Below, one piece after another: positions 14,748 to 23,938 of a stretch of 43,757 nt of DNA. Within the stretch, counting starts at the first letter, position 1. Each line of letters starts with the position of its first letter. Under the pieces are notes generated by a model that was given only the letters and a program-made list of their open reading frames with translations, did no database searches and was not told where the DNA came from. The position numbers were made by a program, and so were the translations under genes. Source of the DNA: a virus; IMG/VR virus record IMGVR_UViG_3300032213_001560. The stretch is one strand, 5' to 3'.

Positions 14748-15173
14748 ATGACAGGGGCTACTAGCGCATTAACTACTGCTGCTGCTGTTATGTCAACTGT
14801 TAAGGCTGCGCAAGGTTTCCTAGATAAGCCAAAAGCCCCTAAGGTCGCCTCAATTGCACCTGCACAAGCTCCTGCATTTAATCCAGTTAAGCCCATGGCT
14901 TTAGCACGTCCAGAAGGTCTTGGTGAATATGCGAATTTTGACCAGAATCAGGAACGCTCTGCATTAGCTACTAAAGGTATAAATCAGGGTTTAGGCAAAG
15001 ACGAAAGCGCTTATTACAAGAATTTGGTTCAGAGAAGTTTGATTGGTGATGATAACAAACCAGCGGCAGATACGAACAGCTTACTTCCTGTGGAGAGCCA
15101 GTATTTCTCTCAGCAGGGCATGAATACGTCTGGAATTATGGATTTTCTTAAACAACTACAGGGAACGCAATGA
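14748..15173 (+). CDS. hypothetical head-module protein (141 aa)
   Basis: ORF track. Ala/Pro-rich N-terminal half. No motif recognised. Confidence 0.65.
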   Translation: MTGATSALTTAAAVMSTVKAAQGFLDKPKAPKVASIAPAQAPAFNPVKPMALARPEGLGEYANFDQNQERSALATKGINQGLGKDESAYYKNLVQRSLIGDDNKPAADTNSLLPVESQYFSQQGMNTSGIMDFLKQLQGTQ

Positions 15174-15475
15174 TAAGTTTTACACCGATATTTGATAGAG
15201 TTTTGATTAAGAGGCACGATTCGGCATTACAGAAAAAGACAGGAAAAGCGGGTTTAATATTACCTGAAACAGTTAGTGATAAATATAAGTCATCTATAGG
15301 TACGCTCGTCCAATGTGGTGCTGATTGCCATGACGATGTGCAGAATCTTCTTGGAAAGTCTGTTTTGTTTGCCCGTTATTCGGGTGACGAAATCAAACTA
15401 AATGACGAAGAATTTTTGCTTGCAACAGACCGTGATATTTTTGGAGGGATAGATGACTCAGAATCAAGAGAATAA
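15170..15475 (+). CDS. groES: GroES-like co-chaperonin (Cpn10 family, 101 aa)
   Basis: FTPIFDRVLIKR...KKTGKAGLILPETV...GTLVQCG...GKSVLFARYSGDEIKLNDEEFLLATDRDIFGGI is collinear with GroES (PLxDRVLVK, GIVLP, VVAVG, GDxVLFxKYxGTE, ILAxI). Confidence 0.8.
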   Translation: MISFTPIFDRVLIKRHDSALQKKTGKAGLILPETVSDKYKSSIGTLVQCGADCHDDVQNLLGKSVLFARYSGDEIKLNDEEFLLATDRDIFGGIDDSESRE

Positions 15476-16283
15476 TACTGAAATTGAAGCTGTAGAGGTT
15501 GAGGCTCAGGATGCTACTGAAGCCGTAACAGAACAGCAAGAAGAAGGGCAAGAGCAGGTAGCACCTACTCAGCAAGATGATTTTGACCCTAAAGAACGGG
15601 TTGATATTACCGACCCTAAAGTACAGCGCAAATTTAACGACATTTACAAACAAATGAAAATGTCTGATGCGCGTAACAAAATGCTTACCGATATAGTCGA
15701 AAAGCTTGATAAACAAAATAAAGAGCTTGCTTCTCGATTTGAGCAAACAGACCACGCTGAAGCAGAGCGCATACTTACATCACGATTAAAAGAAGCGCGT
15801 GAGTCTGGGGATGAGGATCGCGCTGACAAAATCTTGCAGGAGATTATTGATTTCCGCGTTGACAGCAAACTTAAAAAAGTTGAGCCAAAAGCTCCTGTTG
15901 TTCAACAGCCAGTTATTGATGATGCTGATGTGCAAACCGTTATTTCTCTTGCTGAAGAAACCGATGTAAGGGGCAATTTACTGCGTCCATGGATTTCTGA
16001 TAAACACCCTGCGCACAAAAATGCCATGAAACTAGCAGGCGCGTTAGCTATAGAGGTCAATGCGGAATTTGGTTATGTAGATGTTGGGGAGGTAATGAAA
16101 CGTATGGATGATGCAATGAAGCCAAAAGCGACACCGCAAGGAAATAGTCGCGCACCAGACCCAATGAGGGGCAATTTGACAAACAATCCAGCCAAAGGTA
16201 AGCTAAAACTAAGTTCTCAGGAATTAGCTATTGCTCAAAAGCTCGGAGTTAAACCAGAGGATTACTTGAAATGGAAACGATAG
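15453..16283 (+). CDS. scaffolding protein candidate (276 aa, acidic, coiled-coil-like)
   Basis: Highly charged Glu/Gln/Lys-rich sequence upstream of the capsid gene. GGAGGG SD upstream. Confidence 0.6.
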   Translation: MTQNQENNTEIEAVEVEAQDATEAVTEQQEEGQEQVAPTQQDDFDPKERVDITDPKVQRKFNDIYKQMKMSDARNKMLTDIVEKLDKQNKELASRFEQTDHAEAERILTSRLKEARESGDEDRADKILQEIIDFRVDSKLKKVEPKAPVVQQPVIDDADVQTVISLAEETDVRGNLLRPWISDKHPAHKNAMKLAGALAIEVNAEFGYVDVGEVMKRMDDAMKPKATPQGNSRAPDPMRGNLTNNPAKGKLKLSSQELAIAQKLGVKPEDYLKWKR

Positions 16284-16735
16284 TTAAGCGCGGACGCCCC
16301 GCTAATGGCGCACAAGATGAAAAGCAAGCGGAGCCTAAAAAGGGTACAAAGCCGGGATGGAAACCATCTTCTGTGCTTCCGCAATTGAAAGCTAGATCAG
16401 GATTTACCGCCAGATGGGTAAGAAACGAATCCGGTAACATTTCTAAGAAACTGGCTGAGGGCTGGATTCTTATGAAGCCATCGGATAACGTGGGCATCCC
16501 TATTAAGGCATATGATACGCCTGATGCCAATACTTTGGCGAGTGAGATTCGATATAGAGATGCAATTGCGATGATGATAGCAAATGAAGATAAGGAAGCC
16601 CGTACAGAATATATTAAGTCTGAAAACAAAGCGGCCACCCAGCAGATTTTGCGGCAAACCGATGAAGAATTCAGGCGCGCTGGTGTTCAGACATACGCTG
16701 CAAAAGGCCAATCTGGACGAATTGTAATCGAATAA
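16271..16735 (+). CDS. hypothetical head-module protein (154 aa)
   Basis: ORF track. Basic N-terminus KRGRPANG. No motif recognised. Confidence 0.6.
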   Translation: METIVKRGRPANGAQDEKQAEPKKGTKPGWKPSSVLPQLKARSGFTARWVRNESGNISKKLAEGWILMKPSDNVGIPIKAYDTPDANTLASEIRYRDAIAMMIANEDKEARTEYIKSENKAATQQILRQTDEEFRRAGVQTYAAKGQSGRIVIE

Positions 16736-16748
16736 TAAGGAGTGACAA

Positions 16749-17324
16749 ATGTCGCAATATACACAACGAGGCTTTGTTGCTTGCCGTAAGCTAGGCGGTG
16801 GGCAGGCAATCCAGAAAACCTTTGCTGTTTCTGCAACGACCAATGACGCTTATTTCCTTGGTGACGCAGTAACGCTTGGAACCTCTGGCAAAGTAAAACT
16901 GCTTAAAAACGCTACTACTGCTGCACCACTCGGCGTAATTACTTCGCTGATGGGTTCTAGCGGTGGCAAACCAATTCCTTTGCGTTTTTCTCAGCCTACA
17001 AACGGCCCTTACCTGACTTCCGGCACTGCTGGGTTTGCAATGGTAAACGTTGACCTCAATCAGACTTATGTAGCTCAGATTGATGCAAACGTAACCGAAA
17101 CATCCTTTGGTTCTGGCGCTAAGGTTTCTGCTGGTGCTGGTAATACCGCAAACGGTCTTTCCGGTCAGAGCATTTCTGGTACGCTTACTACTTCTGCTGA
17201 TGCGCAATTCCAGATTATTGGTTTTGCACCTCTTGAGTTGCTTGGTACTCGCACTTCGAGTGCATCTATATCGCTCATTGAAGTTAAACTATTGCGCAGC
17301 ACGTTTGCTGGCAACCCAATCTAA
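16749..17324 (+). CDS. hypothetical virion protein, possible head decoration protein (191 aa)
   Basis: ORF track. Immediately precedes the capsid gene. Gly/Ser/Thr-rich beta-type sequence. Function inferred from position only. Confidence 0.4.
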   Translation: MSQYTQRGFVACRKLGGGQAIQKTFAVSATTNDAYFLGDAVTLGTSGKVKLLKNATTAAPLGVITSLMGSSGGKPIPLRFSQPTNGPYLTSGTAGFAMVNVDLNQTYVAQIDANVTETSFGSGAKVSAGAGNTANGLSGQSISGTLTTSADAQFQIIGFAPLELLGTRTSSASISLIEVKLLRSTFAGNPI

Positions 17325-17336
17325 GGAGCTAATTAT

Positions 17337-18248
17337 ATGCAAGGTTTTGTTCATACTACAGGGTTTGCTCCTGAGTTACTCTATCCGGGGCTTGCTGCAA
17401 TCTGGGGTTTAAGTTACGAAAATTACGAAAAAATGTATCCGAAATTCATGGAAATGAAAAAATCGGATAAACGCTTTGAGAAAGAACAGGGCATGTCTGG
17501 TTTTGCTCTTGCATCTGTTAAGGATGAAGGCGATTCGGTTGATTTTGCTCGTATGACTCAGGGCTATCAAAAAGAGTACAACCATACAACCTATGGTCTT
17601 GGTGCTATCGTAACCCGCGAAATGATTGAAGATGACCAATATAACATCATCAACAAAATTCCGCAGTTGCTTGCAGAAGCAATGGTTCGCACTCAGGAAA
17701 CACAGGCAACTGCCGTTCTTAACAATGGTTTTGATGCCGCTGTTGTAGGCGCAGATGGTCAGCCTTTGTTCTCTACCGTTCACCCTAATGCGGGTAACGG
17801 TGGTGGCACTCAGTCAAACACCCCTGCAACCGCAGCGGATTTAACGCAAACCTCTCTTGAGGCTGCAATTATTCAGATCATGGATTTTCGTGACGAGAAT
17901 AACCAGCGCATGAATTTTGCTGCAAAAACGCTGATTGTAAGCCGTTCGGACTACTTCAACGCAACCAAGATTTTGGAAACAAAATACAAGGTTGGCGCTG
18001 CCGATAACGACATCAACGTGATTGCAAATCTTAACCTTGATTTGGTTGTCACTAACTACCTTACTGACCAAGATGCGTGGTTCCTCAAAACAAACGCGCA
18101 GAATGGCCTGACTTTCTACACTCGCCGTGAAGCTGACATTCAACGTGATAATGATATTAGCACGCAGAACCTTGCCATCGTAACCAGTATGCGTTTTGAT
18201 ACTGGATTTACTGACTGGCGCGGTTGCTACGGCTCACCGGGCGCATAA
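17337..18248 (+). CDS. major capsid protein (HK97-fold, Mu gpT-like by recollection), 303 aa
   Basis: Size and position after the scaffold gene, followed by a strong stem-loop. Sequence style (KRFEKEQGMSGF...TYGLGAIVTREMIEDDQY) resembles gpT-type major head subunits. Confidence 0.7.
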   Translation: MQGFVHTTGFAPELLYPGLAAIWGLSYENYEKMYPKFMEMKKSDKRFEKEQGMSGFALASVKDEGDSVDFARMTQGYQKEYNHTTYGLGAIVTREMIEDDQYNIINKIPQLLAEAMVRTQETQATAVLNNGFDAAVVGADGQPLFSTVHPNAGNGGGTQSNTPATAADLTQTSLEAAIIQIMDFRDENNQRMNFAAKTLIVSRSDYFNATKILETKYKVGAADNDINVIANLNLDLVVTNYLTDQDAWFLKTNAQNGLTFYTRREADIQRDNDISTQNLAIVTSMRFDTGFTDWRGCYGSPGA

Positions 18249-18256
18249 GTTAAATA

Positions 18257-18287
18257 GGGAGGGGATAAATACCCCTCCCACTTCTTT
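18257..18287 (+). terminator. stem-loop terminator/attenuator after the capsid gene
   Basis: gggagggg (18257..18264), ataaata loop, cccctccc (18272..18279): a perfect 8-bp GC-rich stem followed by acttcttt. Confidence 0.55.
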
Positions 18288-18299
18288 AAGGAATATACT

Positions 18300-18728
18300 A
18301 TGACAACTTTCCAAGTACCTCTTAAAACGCAAGGCGCAAATGGTGATACTGGCAACAGCCAAACAGAAACCAGCGGCTTTGTACATTCAAGCAAAGTGCT
18401 TTCTCTTGGTGCTACTGGTGGTAACTCTCGCCGCGCCATTGTAACGTTGCCGCCATTTTCTACTTTGACTGGTCTTCGCGCATTGCCAACTTCTGCTTTT
18501 GCCGCTGACGTATCGGCTGCTTTGGTGAGCTGGGGAAATTCTGCCGATGTAACCCGTTATGGCGTCATTGCCGTATCGGCATTGGGTGCACTTCGTACTG
18601 CTTCGGTTTCTGCTGGCGTGGATTTTGACGCAGGCGGCACAATTGTAGTTGTTGTATCGGCTGTATCTACCACTACCTTTACTCAAGGCGGTGTTCGTGC
18701 ATTTATCGAATACATCACGGTAGCGTAA
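18300..18728 (+). CDS. hypothetical virion protein (142 aa)
   Basis: ORF track. AAGGAA lies 7 nt upstream. Ala/Ser/Thr/Val-rich beta-type sequence. Confidence 0.65.
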   Translation: MTTFQVPLKTQGANGDTGNSQTETSGFVHSSKVLSLGATGGNSRRAIVTLPPFSTLTGLRALPTSAFAADVSAALVSWGNSADVTRYGVIAVSALGALRTASVSAGVDFDAGGTIVVVVSAVSTTTFTQGGVRAFIEYITVA

Positions 18729-19079
18729 ATGGCTCGTAGGTTTACATTTCCAGTTGTGGCGTCTGCTGGTGGGTTCACATATAGCAGGGCTTTCGTTGTA
18801 GATACTTACAGTAACCCGTGTGATATTGCTATTGGTGTAAGTCTTGATTTTGGCGCAACTTCGGCAATTTATTCAGTGCAGCATACTTTTGATGATCCAT
18901 TTACCATTAACCTTAGCAATCCAGCTATAGGAACATGGCGTGATAACTCTGTTCTTACTTCGGCTATGGTAGCAGGTGATACTAACTATGCTTTCCCACC
19001 TACGGCAATTCGATTAAAACTATACGCGGCTGCATCTGCACAAGCTACAATGACTGTAATTCAAGCTGGCCCACCATAA
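18729..19079 (+). CDS. hypothetical virion protein (116 aa)
   Basis: ORF track. The ATG directly abuts the upstream TAA. Confidence 0.65.
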   Translation: MARRFTFPVVASAGGFTYSRAFVVDTYSNPCDIAIGVSLDFGATSAIYSVQHTFDDPFTINLSNPAIGTWRDNSVLTSAMVAGDTNYAFPPTAIRLKLYAAASAQATMTVIQAGPP

Positions 19080-19100
19080 TAAGGGGCTAATGGATGTTAA

Positions 19101-19442
19101 ATGGCTCGTCGCAAAGGCTGGAAAAGTGGTGATTGGCTCGTAAAAGACGAGGAAAGCGGTTTTACTACCTATGGTAGCAAAGTCGCTTACGACTATTACG
19201 GCGTACTTAAACTCAAGTCGCAATGTGATAAAGCGCATCCTCAGGATTTTGTAAAAGCATTAGAAGACCCATACCCAGTATATCCCACATCGCAACCATT
19301 CCGCAGTTACGACCTCACGGAGTCCGTTGTTGGATTTACCGTTGGTGAAACCGATGTCCCTACCGCTGATGGCCCTGCTTTGCATATTTACCGCCCCGGT
19401 GTTGGCGATGCTACAATCGAATATGATTTATTTGTGTTTTGA
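19101..19442 (+). CDS. hypothetical virion protein (113 aa)
   Basis: ORF track. No motif recognised. Confidence 0.65.
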   Translation: MARRKGWKSGDWLVKDEESGFTTYGSKVAYDYYGVLKLKSQCDKAHPQDFVKALEDPYPVYPTSQPFRSYDLTESVVGFTVGETDVPTADGPALHIYRPGVGDATIEYDLFVF

Positions 19443-19448
19443 GGTTTT

Positions 19449-20147
19449 ATGTCATTATCTGACCAGCGCATGATGGCTATCGATATTATCAATGAAGTTC
19501 GCAGGAAATCAAAAATTAACCCTGTGACTGCGCTTGATGAAGATAAGGATGCCCTTACAAAGCTTGCGTATCTTAATGACGTTGTATCCGAGGTATCTGA
19601 TTACGGCAACTGGCAAGAGTCGCTAGTTTCAATTACCGTTACCGCGCAATCGTCTGTTGCTGATTATTCCATTAACGTTTCTGCATATCCTGTTATTCAA
19701 AACATTCATGAAGTAGTATTTGATAACCAAGCAGGTGAAATGCGCATGGTAACATTAGATACTATCCGCAGGTTGCAACGTAGCGGTCAATGGGGCAGGC
19801 CGTCACAATGGGCTGTAAAAGGTGTTGACTCAAATGGCAACCCATACATTAGCGTATCGCCTGTTCCTATTTCTGCGCAAGACGGGCTAACATTCAACGT
19901 TCTTGCATATTCAAAACCGCCGTTTATTACTACGGCTCAATCTACATTAGTTCCTCCATTCCCCGGAAAATTGCTTGTGCAAGGGCTTGTGGTAAAAACT
20001 GTACTTGATGAATCCGATGGAGAGCCTTCTGCAAGGTATCAGTCTGTTAAAAAAGTATATGATGATATGTTATATGAGTCGTTTAACCGCTATAACGGCG
20101 ATAGCGGCTCTACGGTATTTTTTCGTCCGGGTCGTGGTCGTAGATGA
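19449..20147 (+). CDS. hypothetical virion protein in the position of a T7 gp11-type adaptor/tubular protein A (232 aa)
   Basis: ORF track. Precedes a 673-aa ORF with an ATGA junction, mirroring the T7 gp11/gp12 order. Function is by synteny only. Confidence 0.45.
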   Translation: MSLSDQRMMAIDIINEVRRKSKINPVTALDEDKDALTKLAYLNDVVSEVSDYGNWQESLVSITVTAQSSVADYSINVSAYPVIQNIHEVVFDNQAGEMRMVTLDTIRRLQRSGQWGRPSQWAVKGVDSNGNPYISVSPVPISAQDGLTFNVLAYSKPPFITTAQSTLVPPFPGKLLVQGLVVKTVLDESDGEPSARYQSVKKVYDDMLYESFNRYNGDSGSTVFFRPGRGRR

Positions 20148-22165
20148 CAATTATCCAAACAAAATACTTACCCGGTAAATTTGGCCTTGCAACAGAATTT
20201 TCTCTTGCCCAAACGCCTATTGAGTATTCCAGAACGCTTGTTAATCGTACCATTAATATCCGTGGTGATGCTGAAAAGCGGCAAGGGATGCGACAGCTTG
20301 GCTCTAATATACCGGGTAATCCAACCATCACAGGAATCCACGAATTTGTTGATAGAGTCGGTAATATAACCCTATTTTGCAGCGCTGCTGGCGTTATTTA
20401 TAAATACGATACTAATACGGAAGCATGGACTTCAGTTTTGTCGGGTAAAGATTCGTCAGCGCGGCTTTTGTCAGTACAAATGGCAGGTAAACTTATATTT
20501 GTTAATGGTGTTGACAGAAATTTTTATACCGATGATGGCGGCAATACCTTCAAAGAGCTAAAGGCTATTGTTGAATCAGGCACAGCATCAAGCACGCAGA
20601 CCAATTCAACTTCACTAACAGATGCGCAAGTCACTTCTTGGTTAGCTACTTTTGTTACCAATAACGACATTGTTTATAATAATACTCGAAACGCATACGG
20701 TATTGTGACCTCTGTTGGCGCAACAAACTTGTCAATGTCTACTATTGGTTCTGCTGCTACTGGAATTGGGTTTGCAACTGGGAACCAACAATCCGGCGAC
20801 CAATATGAGGTTTTGGATTATGTTGCGCTAAACATCATTCCTACACCGTCCGGCGCGGATAACTTTGCTACGCTGACATCTGGAAGCTCAACGACACAAG
20901 TTAGGGTATCTGGCGTTGATTTCTCTACTACAGAAGTCAAAGTTGGCGATATGATCTATAACACAACCAGAAACGCGCTGACAACTATCACGGCTGTATC
21001 TGCAAATCTTAATGTTACTGCCATTACTGCGCAAGCTGCAAATGATTCGGTTACATTCCATAAATCTGCCATGCCAATCTCTACATGGCCGCATGTGCAT
21101 TACGGTAGCCTTTATCTCATTGATGCTCGTAACCAAGGGCAAGTACGCATATCAGGGCCAGCAGACCCACAAGATTTTACAACAAACCAGAACACGTTGG
21201 AATCAGCTACGCTGTATTATGATTCCAAGCAGCCGCAATCCGAGATTCTTTTGTGCTTAAAGACCTTTCAACAATACCTTATTGCCGCAGGCCAGCGTAA
21301 CGTTTATGCAGATATTGGCACGCAAACGGTAAGGACATCTGGTGCTGCTATTAACTCAGGGCTTGATTTTGCTCCTATTGGCTTGTTTCCACAAGGTAGC
21401 GTAAGCCGCTTTGGTGTTGAATCTATTGGTGGCGCTTGTGTGTTTAGCGCCAATGACGGGCTGCGTAATTTTAACGCAAACTTTAACGCCAATACATTCC
21501 AAACTACCAACATTTCTGAAGTTATTAAAAGCGAGTTAGCAAGGCTTATTGTTGACGAGATTGACGCTGGAACGCCGGATGAAATTCAAACTATTCATTA
21601 TCCGCGCCGTAATTGGCTTTTGTTCAAAGTTGGTGATGTAATGTACAATTACAACTATACGCCGTATTACGATAAGGGGCAGATTACACAAACTCCGTAT
21701 GGCTCGTTTAGTAAATTCACTGGTAAATTTGTTCAGCAAAAGGTCTATTATCTGCGGCGTAATGGTGATTTGCTGTGCGGTGGTGCGGGTGGTAAGGTAT
21801 ATGAGTTTGACCACGGTGGGTATGATGATGATGGTGATAGCATCCCAACTAGCCTAGAAACGGGCTTTTTGAAGCTTAGTGAGGCTCAGGAGGGCACGCA
21901 AACCAAGTCCGGCACCTATATCAAGCCCGTATTTGAAACTAATCAAATTATCAATTATACTATAACTGCAACAGGAAGTTATAATAATTCTACTACAGAT
22001 ACTATTACCGCTACTTCGTTAGGTGGACAAAGTATTTTCTATGAGAAATACCCGCTTAGATGGAAGGGCGAACAGTTCAAAATACGCATTGATACAGACA
22101 CTACGATTGGCCCAGATATTATTACAGGTTTTTATGTTTATGGAAATATCTTGGGGAAAGTGTGA
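20144..22165 (+). CDS. large tail (nozzle/tubular B-position) protein, 673 aa
   Basis: ORF track. Size and order are analogous to podovirus nozzle proteins. No motif verified. Confidence 0.5.
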   Translation: MTIIQTKYLPGKFGLATEFSLAQTPIEYSRTLVNRTINIRGDAEKRQGMRQLGSNIPGNPTITGIHEFVDRVGNITLFCSAAGVIYKYDTNTEAWTSVLSGKDSSARLLSVQMAGKLIFVNGVDRNFYTDDGGNTFKELKAIVESGTASSTQTNSTSLTDAQVTSWLATFVTNNDIVYNNTRNAYGIVTSVGATNLSMSTIGSAATGIGFATGNQQSGDQYEVLDYVALNIIPTPSGADNFATLTSGSSTTQVRVSGVDFSTTEVKVGDMIYNTTRNALTTITAVSANLNVTAITAQAANDSVTFHKSAMPISTWPHVHYGSLYLIDARNQGQVRISGPADPQDFTTNQNTLESATLYYDSKQPQSEILLCLKTFQQYLIAAGQRNVYADIGTQTVRTSGAAINSGLDFAPIGLFPQGSVSRFGVESIGGACVFSANDGLRNFNANFNANTFQTTNISEVIKSELARLIVDEIDAGTPDEIQTIHYPRRNWLLFKVGDVMYNYNYTPYYDKGQITQTPYGSFSKFTGKFVQQKVYYLRRNGDLLCGGAGGKVYEFDHGGYDDDGDSIPTSLETGFLKLSEAQEGTQTKSGTYIKPVFETNQIINYTITATGSYNNSTTDTITATSLGGQSIFYEKYPLRWKGEQFKIRIDTDTTIGPDIITGFYVYGNILGKV

Positions 22166-22797
22166 TGGCGTTAGATTTTTTAAGTAGCATGGGTGGAGCA
22201 AGCGGTATTGCTGGTGGCATATCTGGCATTGGCAGCCTTTTAAATGCTTTGGGCGTGGGAAAACCTAAATTAAATTACGGCCCTACGCCATCCGAGGCGC
22301 AGGCTAATTCATTGTTCCAAGCCTTGCTAGATCCTAATAATTCCCTTGTTAAACAAAATGCTGACATCAATATGCAAAAGGGTATGCAAGACATGCTGAT
22401 GCAATTGAAGAAAATGCAAATGTTAGGCGCACGCGGCCAAGCAAGGGGGCTAAATAACCCATTCTTTAGCCCAGAACGCGCTGATGAAACAGTAAATTAC
22501 TTATTGACTCGCGGGCAAACTGCAATTGCCGATAACGCCCGAACTCAAGCTAGAAGTGATATTTACAATACCGCGAACGCGCTAAAGGGATTTGCACCTA
22601 TGGAGCAAGCGCGTATTACTGCGCAAAATACAAACAAAATGACAGATGCGGCAAACTTCCAGACAAAAGGTGGTTACGCTCAATTAGGGGGTGGTTTGCA
22701 ACAACTTTTGCAAATGCTTTCACCTTCACAGGCAACTAGCCCAATGGCTTATAATTCTGCGCAATATGGCCCATCCCAATTACCTTGGTTAAGTTAA
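22162..22797 (+). CDS. internal virion/ejection protein candidate (211 aa)
   Basis: ATGA junction. Gly-rich hydrophobic N-terminus GGASGIAGGISGIGSLL followed by a Gln/Asn/Met-rich region. Position of T7 gp13/14. Confidence 0.45.
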   Translation: MMALDFLSSMGGASGIAGGISGIGSLLNALGVGKPKLNYGPTPSEAQANSLFQALLDPNNSLVKQNADINMQKGMQDMLMQLKKMQMLGARGQARGLNNPFFSPERADETVNYLLTRGQTAIADNARTQARSDIYNTANALKGFAPMEQARITAQNTNKMTDAANFQTKGGYAQLGGGLQQLLQMLSPSQATSPMAYNSAQYGPSQLPWLS

Positions 22798-22798
22798 A

Positions 22799-23938
22799 AT
22801 GATTGAAGATAACACAAACTATCAGGACATGACTCAGGGCGTTGACCGCATTACTGATATATTGCGCCGTCAATCTACGCCCGTTGTGTCCTCCCCGATT
22901 GTGTCACAGGCTTCACAATTGCCTGTAAACCTGCTCAATGCACTAGCCTATTCTTCTTACGACCCCGGTAACGGTAGGGGTGGTGACTTTGCTAGTAAAG
23001 CGCAAGAATATCAAGCCAACCAACAAAACCAAGAGCTAAACCAGCAGAAGATGCTACTGCAAGCCTACGATGCCAAGCTAAAAATGGGTGATGCGCAAGC
23101 AAAGGCGCTGGATGATAAACTGACGTTGTTTACTGGAAATGACCCTGATGGCAAGGCAATGTTCTTAGAGGCGCTACATGCTGACCCTGACCCAATTGAC
23201 CCGTCTAATTCTTACCAGTTAATGACAAAACTTGCTGGTATTAAGAAAAAGATGGGCTATGAAAGCCCTGATTTGAAAATGGCTAACGAGAAGCAGCAAT
23301 TAGACAACGATTATAAGCGTTCAATGATTAATGCTAATAATTCTTTAGTTGCAAAAAGAAATGCAGGTGCTGGCGCCGGATCTAGTGCTGTTGGTGCTGA
23401 CAAGCCTATGCCTGTTGGTGCTGTGAAGCTTCAACAAGAAGGTCTTGATGCTATTGGTACTGCCAATTCTATAGATGCTGATTTAGGGCAGGTTATTGCA
23501 CAAGTTAAAAATGGTAAGCTTGTATTAGGCCCGTTAGCTAATCCTATTAATGCTGCAATGAATTACGCGGGTATTAGTAATGAAGAAAGCCGTAACTTTG
23601 CCACATTTAAAAACACGCTTGAAAAACTCCGTAATGATTCTTTAAGGTTGAACAAGGGCGTTCAAACTGAAGGTGATTCACAAAGAGCATGGAATGAAAT
23701 TCTTACTAATTTAAACGATGAAGAACTTGTAAAACAAAGGCTTGATGAGGTGCAGCAAATTAACCGCCGCGCTGCCGAGTTGCACAAAATGAACATTAAT
23801 GAACTGCGTGCAAATTACGGACGCGAACCGCTAGATACATCTGGTTATAACGTAAAACCTGCAATTATGACGGGTAAAAATATTGCACCCCCCACTCCAG
23901 AAGAAGAGGCGGAATATCGCCGCTTGAAGGGGCTATAA
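22799..23938 (+). CDS. internal virion/ejection protein candidate (379 aa)
   Basis: ORF track. Coiled-coil-like, Gln/Asn-rich. Assigned by position. Confidence 0.45.
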   Translation: MIEDNTNYQDMTQGVDRITDILRRQSTPVVSSPIVSQASQLPVNLLNALAYSSYDPGNGRGGDFASKAQEYQANQQNQELNQQKMLLQAYDAKLKMGDAQAKALDDKLTLFTGNDPDGKAMFLEALHADPDPIDPSNSYQLMTKLAGIKKKMGYESPDLKMANEKQQLDNDYKRSMINANNSLVAKRNAGAGAGSSAVGADKPMPVGAVKLQQEGLDAIGTANSIDADLGQVIAQVKNGKLVLGPLANPINAAMNYAGISNEESRNFATFKNTLEKLRNDSLRLNKGVQTEGDSQRAWNEILTNLNDEELVKQRLDEVQQINRRAAELHKMNINELRANYGREPLDTSGYNVKPAIMTGKNIAPPTPEEEAEYRRLKGL

